From NCBI RefSeq assembly GCF_004010195.1, contig NC_057717.1, forward strand, positions 104,096,910 to 104,160,909: a stretch of 64,000 nucleotides of DNA, written 5' to 3'. This DNA is from Chiloscyllium plagiosum. Lineage: Eukaryota. The notes under the pieces are model-generated. The model did no database searches. It was given only the letters and a program-made list of their open reading frames with translations, and was not told where the DNA came from. Each line of letters starts with the position of its first letter. Position 1 is the stretch's first letter. Positions 12,881-26,230 of the stretch are shown in pieces. Made by a program: the position numbers and the translations under genes.

Positions 12881-14257
12881 CAAAAGGGTTGAGGTCATGA
12901 GTGGAAATTTAGGTTAAAACTGAGATTGGGTGTTTAGATTAAACTGGGAATGTGATTGGGAGTCTAAATTAGTTTGGGTCTGAGATTGGGGTGAGGGTTG
13001 GGAAATTACATCAATTTGGTAAGGAGACTGGCAATTTAGCTTAGTTCGGAAATGATGTTGGGGCCAATGTTGTGATCTTAGATTGAATTTGGAATGATAT
13101 TGGATTGGATTGGGAATTGTACTTGGGTTATGATTGACAATTTAGATCAAATTGATTTGTGATTTGGTCGGCAATTGGGACTGGGATTTGGAATTGGACG
13201 ATTTTGGTGTTAAATGAGAGTTATATTCAGATGGTATTTTGATATTTGGTAAGGTTGTGATGGCATTGGACAAATTTCATTTTTAAACTACCTCAAATCC
13301 AGAATGTCATGTTTGAAGTGGGGTATTGATGGAGTCACCCCAAAGTGCTTCGCAACAGTATTATTGAACAGAATTTAACACTGAGCTAAGTACCAAAACC
13401 TGCTGTATGGGACAACTTCGTGTTCAAACCAGAATTTTCAGAAACACAAAAGTGGAAGCAAACACTGTTACACAATAATGTGGCCAAATACATTAGATCA
13501 CTGCAGGGAGAGAATGAAAGTTGCTGATGGTTATTAGTGCAATTGGATGATATCAACCCTCCTAGAACCAGCTATTATGGAGCTCTCTATATTAGTAAAA
13601 AAAACAAGTGATTTACTGCTTCACATACTTATGCCCAAAATTTCAACCTGCCTCATTTGCAAAGTCGATGTGGGATTTGCATTTGTGTGGACATGTGTTC
13701 TCATATTCAAGGTCCTTGGATAAACCCCCACAAAGTCAAGAAGCAGCAATGTGATTTTCTGCACCCACAGTTTCTACCCTGCACACTAGGCATGAGCAGA
13801 TGGAGCTGACCTCCCTTAGAATTTCAAACAGCCTTGACATTTGAAATATAATGAGAAAAATGCTGGAAAGAGTCTTGAAGAGGGCAAAGCAGAATTAAGA
13901 TTTCAGATTGATGCTTCCTCTTCAGCCTTGAGGTTTGTTGGACTGGGTCGTGAATATGCTCTGAAAGAACAGTTTTTAAAGTCTTAAGGATTGATGTTAA
14001 GGTAACTTTAGGTGAAGTGTGCTGGGGGGAGGTTCCTGTGGACTGGTGTAGACAAGTTCGACTGGTTTCTGTGTAAATTTGTTGGAAGCCAGTGACTGAT
14101 CCTATGATTCTTCTTTGTTGCTTTGCTATTACTATAGCAATCTGAGACTGTTTGTTACAGTTCAAAACAAAACTGTGCCTCGAATATTAAACCTAGTTTG
14201 TTCATGTGGCTGTATGTATGTCATTTCATTCATATTGTCTAATCTTCCTTATACATA

Positions 14258-14575
14258 GGGGTGGCATGGTGGCTCAGTGGTTAGCACTGCTGCCTCACAG
14301 TGCCACAGACCCTAGTTCGATTCCATCCCTCGGGGTGGCTGCCTGTGTGGAGTTTGCACATTCCCCCTGTATTGCTCCATGTTTTCTCCCACAGTCCAAA
14401 GATGTACAGGTTAGGGTGGATTGACCATGGTAAATTCCCAGGGATGTGCAGGCTAGGTGGGTTCACCATGGCAAATGCAGGGATAGGGCGGGGGTGGTTG
14501 GGACTGCTGTTCAGAGGGTTGGTGTGAACTTGATGGGCTGAATGGCCTGTCTCCACGCCGTAGAGATTCAATGAT
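14258..14575 (+). mobile_element. tRNA-derived V-SINE (HE1-like)
   Basis: Same head, V-domain and tail as the copy at 2203-2540. Confidence 0.85.
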
Positions 14576-15204
14576 TATACGATCCGCACTCTGTGAAGTA
14601 TTTCTTAACATGTTGGTGGAATGCATCCTGGTTTGTTCTAATCACATTCTCACCAAAGAAATGTACTTTTTTAAAAATGTTAATGGATATATCTTCAAAC
14701 TTCAAACTGAGAGTTCTATATTTTAAATTAGCGTAAGCAGAAACATAGAATGGTTACAGAATGGAAGGAGGACACTCAGCTCATCATACCTCTGCTAGCC
14801 CTCTGCTAGATCAGTTTAGGTAGTCCCACTTGGCTGTCATTTCCCTGTATTCCTGCAAATAATTTCCTATTTGGGTGATTATCAAACTTCCTCTTTAGTC
14901 ACAACTGAATTGGCCTCTACTATGCCCCCAGGTAGAGTGCTCCAGATCCTGACCATTCTCTGCATAAAAAAGGATTCTTCCTCATATCACTGTTAGTTTA
15001 TTTGACATGCATCTTTAATGCAGAAGGAAAGAAGACTTACTGTTTGAGAGCATCATTCTGCAAAAGGGTCAAAAGTCACACAAAAGCCAATTTGTGCTGC
15101 AAGATCCCACACACTTCACCGAAATAAATTACCAGTCAGTCTGTCTTGGTTGTGCTGAATACTTGTCAGGATATTGTAAGCAATCCCCATGTGAAATATT
15201 CATG

Positions 15205-16238
15205 TGCTAAGATTGCCATACATGCTATGATAAGAGGGAGGGGAGAGGACGTACCCAATGCTACCCTCACCCTAATGGCCACCTTGGTGTGTGGCTGCAT
15301 CAAGTTGTGTGCAGACCCTCAGTGCACAATACCAAGTCTCACTACGTACTGATGTTCTACCTGTCCCCGGTGCTGCGAGGCATGGACCTGGCCCCGCTGC
15401 CGCAGAATGCTCCAAGTAGTTGGACCGTTCTGTATCTGGAGAAATTTGACCACAGTCTGCCATAGCATCCTTGAGAGCCTGTGGGAAAAGGAGATGGCGG
15501 ATCCTGTTGTGTGGTTCCCTGAGCAGATGGACAAAGTTATTTAGCAGAAAGCCTCATCACCAGAACTTTGTAATAAGCTCTATGGCATTGCTTGGCTAGT
15601 GGTAAGAAGGGCGCTAACCTGTGAGATCCTTCACAGACTCCCAGACTGGGTGCACTACCGCATGCTTCCCTCGAAGTTGGGTGGTGGGTGGCATTGAGAG
15701 AGTGACTTTGCAAAAGAAATCTGGAGAAAGATGCAATGGGTTTTGTCAAGGTTCGGACCAAGCAGCTCTGTGACATAGGACTCTGTGTTTTACGGTCTGT
15801 TCCCCAAGACACACATTGAGACAAACATCGACTGGGCATGGAGGACCATCAACTCGGTGAATGACACTCTTTAATTTGCCTAAAACCTGTTGGTCTTCCA
15901 GAGGTCCTCCAGACCAAGTGTTGCAGACAGGCACATTCCAAGGTCCAGGACTACGTGCTGACCATGCACTAATGCTTGAGGCAGCTGCCGCCAAGGTGCA
16001 GCAGGGAAAGACCACTGTCTGAAGGCTTCCTGCTGAAGGTAAATGGGAGTCCATTCAGTTATCTGACCCTCCTGATGCCTCAAATGCATGTAAATACCGT
16101 CTGGTTTAAGTAAGAGATGCCTTTGATTTGTTTGGACAGAGTTAAACTTCAATGTTTGTTTCCTTGATATGCTACTGTACAGGATCAAACTGCATTTGTG
16201 CATTTGAAATATATAAAATATATTTTGAAATAAAAAAG
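15205..16238 (+). mobile_element. Tx1-clade (L1-like) LINE 3' fragment, decayed
   Basis: Frameshifted DVPNATLTLMATLVCGCIKLC..P...HYVL.FYLSPVLR motifs typical of Tx1 ORF2 C-terminus; A-rich 3' end. Confidence 0.75.
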
Positions 16239-18221
16239 AGTAAATAATTTGATTGCTGGAGTGATTCTTTCCAAAATTATTTTCTAAATTAGCAAGATAC
16301 AATTCTAGACTTCTGCTAGAACAACAGGTTCCCTGCTCAATTTCTTTGTTGCTGAATATCCCCCTGAGATTTCCATTCTACAACGTCTGATTTCAAAATC
16401 AATTTTGGTAATTTTTATTTCTTCCTGGGATTGAAATTTGGTCTCTCTTAAAATGCCAAGTGGTAAAAAGTACTGTGATGAGTGCGAATCCATTATGTGC
16501 AAATTGTTCATTTTTAAAGGCACATTTTCTGCCATTCCGATCTGGCAATCAGCTTTCAGCTGTGTGTTGGTCAGTACATATAATGGATGTATCTGATAGT
16601 GGATGGTGTGCTCTGTGTAACCTACACGTGTTTGTGAATCATTCACCTGATTCCACACATCATTCACAGATGTCACATTTCCAATGTCAGCGTTTCCTCA
16701 CAGAGGCGGTGAAATCTTTGAAAAGAAAAGGAAGACAGTTTTCTCTCAAGAGGTGTGAGTGTCATTGGCTGGGCTAGTATTCATTGCACATTCTTGGTTG
16801 CAATAAGATTTGGAGCCATTTGCAACATCAGGTCTACTCCATCATTCGATCATGGCTAATATGTTTCCCAGCTACAGTCACCTGCCTTGTCTGTGTAACC
16901 TTTGATCCCCTCTCTAATTAAGAATTCTGTCTTAAATACACACAATGACTTGGCCTCTGTGGTAATGAGTTCCACACATTCACCACCTTCTAGCCGAAGA
17001 AATTCTTCCTGAACTCAGTTCGAAAAAGTTGTCCCCTCACTCTGAGGCTGTGCCCTCAGGTCTTAGTCTCTCCCATTAACGGAACCATCTTCTCTACATC
17101 TACTCTATGCAGTCTTCTCAGTATTTTGTAAGTTTCAATCGGGTCACTTGAGAATGTGGTGCAGAGCCATATTTATGAATCACTGAAATCCAGAGTGAGT
17201 GGGAGGGTGTGGGAGACGGCATGTGTGAGGACACCCACAGATTTTGACCTAATGACATTGAAGGAATGACAATACATATTCAAGTTATTGACTTCAATCT
17301 TGAGATTTATAAACATTTAAGGTGTTTGCAGACTAACCTCAGTACACAGAACTGTCCAGATGTTCTTATCAGTAAGGATGACCCTAAAGTCTCAACCCAA
17401 ATAAAAAATAGTGGTTCATATTATGAGAGGATGGCAGAACACAAACTTTCTGTGAGCAGTTTGGTAAGACACCCTTACAGTCACAATTTTAAAAAAAGCT
17501 GGGTTTGATGGCAACTACTGAATAAGAATACAAAGTGATAATAAAGATAGTGGTAATTACGATGAGTGAAGCAGATTTGAAAGGGACACAACTAAAAGAC
17601 TTATCCTTTTAGATGTTGATCCATTTGAGGAAAATCGAAGGGGGAGGGGTTATTCAGTCCAATAAGCTTGGACTGAATACAATCATGGTTCATTCAATAC
17701 AATCATGGTTCATTGTTTTGCATTTCCAGAGAGTTCATCTCTCTCCATAATTCATCTTGTTGACAGAGGAGCTGTGTATTTTCCTGTTCAGCTGAACACA
17801 GCTTTAAGTTATTGGCAATGAAATTTTAGGCTGAACAGGCCATGCAGACTGTTGTGTCTGTTGCCACTTCCACGGACTGTTTAATTAAACTCACTTTGTC
17901 CCCTTTTGCTCATATCGCTGCAGTGCGCTCTTTTCTCCAAGAGTTTTGACCGGGTTTTCAGACAGCGAATTCCAGATCACAATAACTCATCACATGAAAA
18001 TAATCAATTCACCTGTCCTTTGGATCTTTTGACAGCGACCCAAAATCTGTGTGTTCTGGTTACTGACTCTCCAGTCAGTAGAATTAAGAGAAAATCAGGT
18101 GGAGCTGCTGAAATGCTCAATCATTTTCGGCATCTTTATCAATTGCCCCCTCTTCATGTGAACAGATTTTTTTAGACTTAGACTTTATTGTCACATGTAT
18201 TCAAGTACAGGAGTTTTACAG

Positions 18222-18541
18222 ATTAGAATAGATTCCCTACCGTATGGAAACAGGCCCTTTGGCCCAACAGTTCCACACCGACCCTCCAAACAGTAACCCA
18301 CCCATTCCCCTAACCTATATTTACCCCTCACTAATGCACCTAACATTATGGGCAATTTAGCATGGCCAACTGACCTGACTTGCACATCTTTGGACTGTGG
18401 GAGGAAACTGGAGCACTCAGAGGAAACCCATGCAGACACGGGGGAGAATGTGCAAACTCCACACAGACAGTTGCTCGAGGCGGGAATCACACCCAGGTCC
18501 ATAGCACTGGGAGGCAGCAGTGCTAACTACTGAGCCACCAT
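18222..18541 (-). mobile_element. tRNA-derived V-SINE (HE1-like)
   Basis: Reverse complement of the SINE head, V-domain and tail. Confidence 0.85.
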
Positions 18542-20061
18542 ATAGTGAAAATTTTTCAATGTCACCACACAAGGTACCATCTTAGATCGAAGTACCCAGG
18601 TACAAAAACTTAAGAACAAAGTAGAAAAAAAAGAACAATGTTAAAAATCACAGAATACCGTAAAAAAAGTTATAAGTTAGACATTATAGTCCTTCTTAGT
18701 ATTAGGTGGAAAAATAAGGAAATAAAGCTAAAGGTTAAACCATTGCAATCTTTCTGAAGTGCATAGCCATGGTGGGACAGCACTTCTTCCAAGGGCTCTA
18801 TCTCCTCCTCTTTGTCATGCTTTCCCCACGCTGGCTTGATCTCCCCTACTCTCGACTACTTCTGGCTCTGGCCATGACCAGGATCAGGTCTCACACAGTT
18901 GAGAGGTTCTCTGAGATGGCCCATCTCTCCTTTGCAGCTATACTTCTGGGTCCAGGTGTCCCTGTTACATAGTGTGTCCAGTGGTATACACCCTCCCCTC
19001 TCACCAATGCCTCGTGTGATTGGTGGGCACCACAGGAACTGAAGTACATGAGGGCACTTGTGAGAATGCTACTCCCTGTAGCAGGGAGAGGACATTTAAC
19101 CCCTGAACCTGACCTGTATTTAATGATATCATGGCTGATCTTTGACCAAACTCCACACTTTTTTATTTCAAAACTATACTTTATTAATAGACAAAAAGTA
19201 TGTAGTCACTAAAGCAGTGCAGAAGCATATGAAGAAAACAAACAAACATTGAGGTGGACTCTATCCAACACATGAACCAAAGGCATCTCTTACTTGTACA
19301 AGTATACTTGTATACTACCCATGCCTGTCTTTGACCCATGACATCGAACACATTTAGTTAACCAGTTTCTCTTGTCATTGTCAGCAACCACTGGCTAACG
19401 AGAATGATTATTTACTTTGGAAATTCCCTGTAACTGGTAAAAGATCTGAAATTATCAGTTGATTGATTATCAATTACCATTCATTGAAGAAAGTTCCAAA
19501 CACCTCCTGCATTGTTAATTTCATTCTTAATATTTGGGCTATGCCCCCTCTCTGTAGACTATGCAAATAGAGTAGAAAAGGAAACTATCTGCTCCTCTTC
19601 ATTAAAGCTTCCAAATAAATCATTCCTTAACCTTTTAAATTCTAGGGAATACAGCCCTGTTCAAGATCTTACACACTTCAGTGAAATACCCCTTGACTCT
19701 TTTAAACTTCAGGGGAAACAAGCCCAGCTATGACAACCTATGGTCATGAGACCACTTGCTGACTTTAGTTATTTTTGTTATTTCAAAAGTATACTTTATT
19801 CACAAAACATATCTTTGTAAATATACACAGTCATAAAGGTTGTCATACTGTTCTGTACAGTTAGCATATTGGGGCAACAAACAAACAGGACCTAACGGGC
19901 ACGTTTCCACACAGACGGTGATATGCTTATGGAATGTGCTGCCCGAGGAACTGGTGAATGACTTGGTTAGGGACAAAAAAAACCTGCAGTTGCTGGAATC
20001 CAAGGTCGACAAGCAGTAGGCTGGAAGAGCACAGCAAGCCAGGCAGCATTAGGAAGTGCAG

Positions 20062-20540
20062 AATCGAATCGAATTGAATTCAATTTATTGTCATGTGGAC
20101 TGAGGCATAGTGAAAAGCTTTATCTTATGAACAATACAGGCAGATCCTACAGTTAAGTAGCATAGGTAAGTAAATAATTGGTAAACAGCGGCAAAAACAA
20201 AAACACAGGGAAAGGGGAAATGTTAAGAGTTTGTGAGTCCATTCAGTATTCTATCAACAGTAAGATAGAAACATGTATTCAGGCTTCTGTACCTTCTGCC
20301 CGATGATACAGGTTGTAGAAAAACATTGCCAGGGTGGGATGGATCTTTGAGAATACTGGCAGCCTTTCCTTGACAGTGGGCCTGGTAGGTGGATCCTATC
20401 GATGGGAGGTTGGCCTTTGTGATTGTCCGGGCCGAGTTCACCATTCTCTGTAATCATCTCTGATCTTGAATGGTACAGTTGCCATACCAGGTAGTGATAC
20501 ATCCAGATGGAATACATCCATCCAGGATACGTCCACTTTT
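20062..20540 (-). mobile_element. Rex1/Babar-like LINE 3' fragment
   Basis: Minus frames contain CITTWYGNCT and KAASILKDPSHPG...SGRRYRSL; (CAATT)n-like tail. Confidence 0.75.
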
Positions 20541-20542
20541 GG

Positions 20543-20853
20543 TGTGGCACGGTGGCTCAGTGGTTAGCACTACTGCCTCATAGCACCAGGGTCCCAGGTT
20601 CGATTCCAGCCTCGGATGACTGTCTGTGTGGAGTTTATACATTCTCCCCGTGTCTGCGTGGGTTTCCTCCGGGTGCTCCGGTTTCCTCCCACAGTACAAA
20701 GATGTGCAGGGCAGGTGAATTGGCCATGCTAAGTTGCCCATATTGTTAGGTGCATTAGCCAGAGGGAAATGGGACTGGGTGGGTTACTCTTCGGACGGTT
20801 GGTGTGGATTTGTTGGGTCAAAGAGCCAGTTTCTACACTGTAGGGAATCTAAT
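20543..20853 (+). mobile_element. tRNA-derived V-SINE (HE1-like)
   Basis: Full SINE head, V-domain and tail. Confidence 0.88.
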
Positions 20854-21459
20854 CCAGAAGTCAACGTTTCACGTGTAATCCTTCTTCAGGAGGAAGTGGC
20901 GGAGGCTGGTACAATTACAACATTTCAAAGGTGTCTGGATAGGTATAAGAACAGGAAGGGTTTAGAGGGACATGGGTAAATGCTGGCAAATGGGACTACA
21001 TTAATGTAGGATATCTGGTCGGCATGGACGAGTTGGATTGAAAGGTCTGTTTCGATGCTGTACAGCTCTATGACTCTATTTGAGTTTGACTCTAACCCAA
21101 CAAGCTCCACGTATCCATCTAGTAAACACTCCTCCCCTTCCTTAAATAAAGTGCAGATCAGCAATGGAGACATGGGCTTACCACAACGCTCTCTCACCAG
21201 TGCTGCCAAAAGTTGCTCTCTCTCTCAACGCAGGGCTCTGAGCATGAGAATGAAGCCATCTACCCCATTGTTGCTGCCCTCCCTCTTGCCCGGGAGAGAA
21301 GTTGGGGTTTGGGGGGAAGGTGTTGGAAGCAGAGAAGCAATTCCTTCCTTTAGGGACACGGGGAGGTGAATGAATGAAAGCCGAAAGAACAGCAGACGCT
21401 TTAACTCAGAACAAAATCGCTGCAGAGACTCAGCGGGCCCGGCAGCATTGGTGAAGAGG

Positions 21460-21710
21460 ATATGAGGAGAAACTTCTTCACCAGAGAGTGGTGGGTGTGT
21501 GGAATGCTCTGCCCCAGAGGGCAGTGGAGGCCCAGTCTCTGGATTCATTTAAGAAAGAGTTGGATAGAGCTCTCAAAGATTGTGGAATCAAGGGTTATGG
21601 GGATAAGGCAGGAACAGGATACTGATTAAGCATGATCAGCCATAACCACATTGAATGGTGGTGCAGGCTCGAAGGGCAGAATGGCCTACTCCTGCACCTA
21701 TTGTCTATAA
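21460..21710 (+). mobile_element. CR1 LINE 3' end directly upstream of the dnajb1 promoter
   Basis: RNFFTREWWV-like CR1 terminus and 3' tail GAATGGCCTACTCCTGCACC. Confidence 0.8.
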
Positions 21711-21779
21711 TGGAGTTAACATCTCGGGTGCGGAGACCCTTCCTCGGAATGTATGAATGAATGAATGTGATGTGACGCT

Positions 21780-21936
21780 GTGTCTGTGAGGGGGCGGGGA
21801 GGATGGGAGAGTAGCCCCGCCCACGGGGTGGGGCTTGAGGAGGGGAAGGGAAGTGACGAGGCATGGAATGTTCCTGAAAGTTCGAGCAATTTTGTTGAAA
21901 GTGTTGCGGAGAGACGGCGAGAGCGGTGGGCCTTGG
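21780..21936 (+). promoter_or_regulatory. dnajb1: Probable DNAJB1 promoter plus short non-coding first exon
   Basis: CpG-rich region with GC boxes (GGGGCGGGG ~21790, CCCCGCCC ~21815), an ETS/CRE-half GGAAGTGACG at 21849-21858, a perfect HSE at 21865-21884, and a donor GG|GTGAGT at 21937. The DNAJB1 ATG exon is preceded by an acceptor, so an upstream exon is expected. Confidence 0.7.
21865..21884. promoter_or_regulatory. Heat shock element (four alternating nGAAn units)
   Basis: gGAAt gTTCc tGAAa gTTCg, a perfect 4-unit HSF1 consensus. Confidence 0.85.
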
Positions 21937-22630
21937 GTGAGTGTGCCTCTGGTCGCTGGGTATCCGATTGTATCCAGGCCGAGGGGAGTTCCCCCCCAAG
22001 TGGATACATTGGGCGGGCGGGTGGATGGATGAGCGAATGTATCCTTTTCTGTCCCGGAGCCAGGCGCCCGGATACATTGTTTCCCCCTCGCTGGGAGGTG
22101 CGGGCTTAGGCGCTGGGTTTGAGGGGGCACTGCTGTTGGGGAGGGATTTGTGCCAGTTATCTGGCGGAATACCTTACGTTGTGACAGCCCTGTGGGATGG
22201 AGACGACACTCTCTCCCCATCCTGGTCACTTTCCAAAAGAAGAACAGGCCCTCGAGTCTAAGGTACCTTCTATATAATCATGCAAAGGGTTAAAAAAACT
22301 AATTGTCTCTGTGTGTCTATCTCTCTACATATGTGTGTCTCTCTGTCTGTCTGTGTCTCTCTGTCTCCACCACCCCCCTGTAATAAATTGGGGTTAAGTT
22401 GGGTTTTTTTAATATATGGATGTAGCCCATTCTGGCAGTAAACCTGAATTAAGGGGTCTTTACAAACCCCACCCCCTCCACCAACAACAAAATTCCTTCT
22501 CCTGCTAAGGTGCAGAGCAACTTGACAATGACTGATCAGCTGTCAGATCTGGATCCCAAGCTAACATAGGGATCAGAGCCGGAAAGAGAAATTGCTGGAG
22601 GGACTCCAGTGGGTCTGGCAGCATCTGAGG

Positions 22631-22855
22631 AGAGCTGAAAATGTGTTGCTGGAAAAGCGCAGCAGGTCAGGCAGCATCCAGGGAACAGGAGAATCGACGT
22701 TTCGGGCATAAGCCCTTCTTCAGGAACCTTCCTGAAGAAGGGCTTATGCCCGAAACGTCGATTCTCCTGTTCCCTGGATGCTGCCTGACCTGTGCTTTTC
22801 CAGCAACACATTTTCAGCTCTGATCTCCAGCATCTGCAGACCTCACTTTCTCCTC
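22631..22855. mobile_element. Near-perfect palindromic PLE-derived element with two hammerhead cores
   Basis: Arms 22631-22726 and 22729-22821; 16-bp direct repeat CAGCATCTGAGGAGAG at 22619-22634 and 22856-22871. Confidence 0.88.
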
Positions 22856-23109
22856 CAGCATCTGAGGAGAGACAACAGACTTGGTGTTTGAGTCCTGCTG
22901 AAGTGAACTGAAATGGGTAATGACACCAGTTTGCTAGTGAACCTAGGTCAGCACTTGGTTGGATCTCCATGCATTGAGTTTCTTAGCTTCTGATTTTGTT
23001 TTTTTTTGAGGTAGGGGTGATGTTGAAAGGTCAAACTATTGTGGTTTTGCTTCTTTTCCCTCCTGTCTCTATTTGACCCAGTGTTCTCTGCAACCCCATT
23101 GATAAAGGA

Positions 23110-23597
23110 CTCAGATGTACAGCATGGAAACAGCCCCTTTGGTCCAACTCCATCCACGCTGACCAGATATTCTAAATTCATTTAGTCCCATTTGCCAGCA
23201 CTTGGCCCATATCCCTCTAAACCCTTTCTATTCATGTACCCATCCAGATGCCTTTTAAATTTGTAATTGTACCAGCCTCTGTCACTTCCTCTGGCAGCTC
23301 ATTACATAAACGCTCCACCCTCTGTGAAAAAGTTGCCCCTTAGGTCCCATCTAAGTTTTTTTTTCCCCCTCATCATTAAACCTATGCCCTCTAATTCTGG
23401 ACTCTTTCCCCCTGCCAGGAAAAACACCTTATCTATTTACCCTATCCATGCCCCTCATGATTTTATAAACCTCTATAAGGTCACCCATCAGTTTCCGACG
23501 CTCCAGGGAAAATAGCCCCAGCCTATTTAGCCTCTCCCTATAGCTCAAAGCCGTCAACCTTGGCAACATCCTTGTTCATCTTTTCTGAACTCTTTGG
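23110..23597 (-). mobile_element. CR1 LINE 3' fragment
   Basis: Same family as 1088-1700. Confidence 0.85.
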
Positions 23598-23821
23598 ATT
23601 GCAAAGGGCCTCCTAAGCTCGGTCCAGAGGACCTCTGTGCCTGTTTCTGTGCTGTATGACTTTGACTCTGTCTCTCCCATTGTAGTTGTGTATCTGTTAT
23701 TAGCAACAACTCGAGGTTTCCTGTAATGTCATCAGATCTGAATGAAGTAGAAACTGTGGGGATGCTGTTGACTTGTGAAAGGAGAGATAGAAGGGTGAAC
23801 TAGACCAGAGTCTGGGTCTTG

Positions 23822-23980
23822 GATTAGTGGTGCTGGAAGAGCACAGCAATTCAGGCAGCATCCGAGGACAGGCAAAATCCGAGGACAGGATGCCTGTCCT
23901 CGGATGCTGCCTGAACTGCTGTGCTCTTCCAGCACCACTAATCCAGAATCTGGTTTCCAGCATCTGCAGTCATTGTTTTT
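23822..23980. mobile_element. Short palindromic PLE-derived insertion
   Basis: Inverted arms GGATTAGTGGTGCTGGAAGAGCACAGCA / TGCTGTGCTCTTCCAGCACCACTAATCC; 18-bp direct repeat ACCAGAGTCTGGGTCTTG at 23804-23821 and 23981-23998. Confidence 0.85.
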
Positions 23981-24059
23981 ACCAGAGTCTGGGTCTTGTG
24001 GAGGTGTGTGAATGGCCATGGGGAGGTTGAGAAGGTTCATTGATCCTTGTGTAGTGAAG

Positions 24060-24406
24060 GACACAGTTTATAAAACGTTGAAGGGCATGGATGGAGAGGG
24101 TGAATAGTCAAGGTCTTTTCCCCAGGGAAGGGAAGTCCAAAACTAGAGGGGCATAGGCTTAAGGTGAGAGGGGAAAAATTGAAAAGGGACCTGAAGGGCA
24201 ATTTTTTCACAGAGGGTGGTACGTGTATGAAATGAGCTGCCAGAGGAAGTGATGGAGGCTGGTACAATGACAACATTTAAAAGGCATCTGGATGGGTATA
24301 TGGATAGGAGGGATATGGGCCAAGTGCTGGCAAATGGGACTAGATTAATTTAGAATACCTGGTCAGCATGGACGAGTTGGATTGAATGGCCTGTTTCTGT
24401 GCTGTT
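24060..24406 (+). mobile_element. CR1 LINE 3' fragment
   Basis: GNFFTEGGTCMK-type CR1 terminus, opposite orientation to 23110-23597. Confidence 0.82.
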
Positions 24407-24719
24407 CAGTTCCATGGCAATGTCAGTGGCAACACTAGCAGGTTTGGATCAAAAACCTGAACTGCTAATGGGTGGTGGGCAAGGAAAAAGTTATTTATCT
24501 CGCACCATGCATGCCCAGCATAACTATGGTAAGGACCAAACTCTGCTGTTTTTATAGTATCAAAGTTGGTCGAAGGAAAGTTATTGGCTACGGCACTGGA
24601 GAGAACCACCCCTGATTTATTTTCAAAATGTTGGTTTGTTTTTTAGCTCTGTGGGTTTGTTTGAAAGACAGTTGCAAAGTGACGTGTTGAACCACGTGAT
24701 GTGAACTTGAAGCAGAAAT

Positions 24720-26230
24720 ACAGAAGGAATTTTGACACAGCGATGTTCGAGGTATCTGGTCCAGACAGTAAAGAGCTAATGGGATCCATGACCAAGTGGA
24801 ACATTAGCTAGGAGGTGGAAGGTAGAGGGATGTTTCTGTAGCTGGTGGTCTGTTTCCAGTGGGGCTCCTTGCTGTTCATGGTGTGCATTAATGATTTGGA
24901 CTTAAATATAGGGAGAATGATCAAAATTCAGGCTGTAAATAGCGAGGAAGATGGCCATAAATGGCAGGAAGACATCTGTGAACTGCTCAGGTGGGCAAAG
25001 TAGTGGCAAATGGGATACAGCACAGAAAATACACTTGGGGATGGCTAGCAAGGCAAGGGGTTATGATTAGATTAGATTCCCTACAGTGTGGAAACAGGCC
25101 CTTCGGCCCAACAAGTCCACACTGACCCGAAGAGTAACTCCCCCAAACCCATTTCCCTCTGACTAATGCACCTAACGCTACGGGCAATTTAGCATGACCA
25201 ATTCACCTAACCTGCACATCTTTGGACTGTGGGAGGAAACCTGAGCAGCCGGAGGAAACCCACGCAGACACAGGGAGAGCGTGCAAACTCCACACAGACA
25301 ATCACCCAAGGCTGGAATCGAACCTGGGACCCTGGTGCTGTGAGGCAGCAGTGCTAACTACTGAGCCACCGTGCTGCCCAGTTGTCCAATCTTGTAAATC
25401 GTAGCATGCGGGAAGTATTAAAGATCAGAAGGACCCTGGCATGCATGTTCACAGATCCATGAAGGTGATGGGGTAGGTAGGTAAGTTGGTTAAGAAGTTA
25501 TATAGGATACTTGCCCTTATTAGCTAAGGCATAGAATGCATGAGCAAGGAGACTATGTATAAAACACTGGGTAGGCTACAATTGGAGTAATGTGTGCTGT
25601 TCTGATCAGGTTTAATTGGAAGCACTAGCTTTCGGAGTGCTCTGAAAGCTAGTGCTCCCAATTAAACCTGTTGGACTATAACCTGGTGTTGTGATTTTTT
25701 TTAACTTTGTACACCCCTGTCCAACACAGGCACCTCCAAAACATTCTGATTAGAACATTATTGGGACAATGTGATTTGCTCTAGAGAGGATGCAGAGGAG
25801 ATTTACCAGGATGATGCCTGGACAGGAAGGTCTGAGCTATAAGCAAAGATTGGATGATCTGGGGCTGTCAGGGGCAAGTAGAAATGTACTGTATTAGGTT
25901 ATGAGGCGTGCCATTAGGGTGCATAGGAAGATATTTTTCCTGTTGGTAGAGGGTATCAATTACCAGAGGAACTTGAATTTAAGGTCAAAGGCTAAGAGGG
26001 GAATATTTTTTGCTGAGGGCGGTGGGAGTTTGGAACTCATTCCTGGAAAAGGTTGGTTGGGTCAGAAACTCACCATGACATTGAAGCAGTATTTAGATAT
26101 ACAATTGCATTGCCATAGCCTCCAGAGCAATGGGCCAAGAACCAGAAACTGGGATTAATGCAATCAGGTCATTTGAGTTGTGTGGAAACAATGGGCCATA
26201 CAGACTCTTACTGTGGTAGAAACATCTAGG
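24720..26230 (+). mobile_element. Old CR1 fragment interrupted by a minus-strand V-SINE (25063-25378) and a small palindromic PLE end (25610-25742)
   Basis: Decayed CR1 RT motifs; SINE reverse complement; hairpin TTTAATTGGAAGCACTAGCTTTC / GAAAGCTAGTGCTCCCAATTAAA. Confidence 0.7.

Noticed and set aside
16470..16600. Possible C/D snoRNA (GTGATGA...CTGA with a short terminal stem)
   Set aside because: No recognisable rRNA/snRNA guide, weak stem and no clear host intron; compatible with chance.
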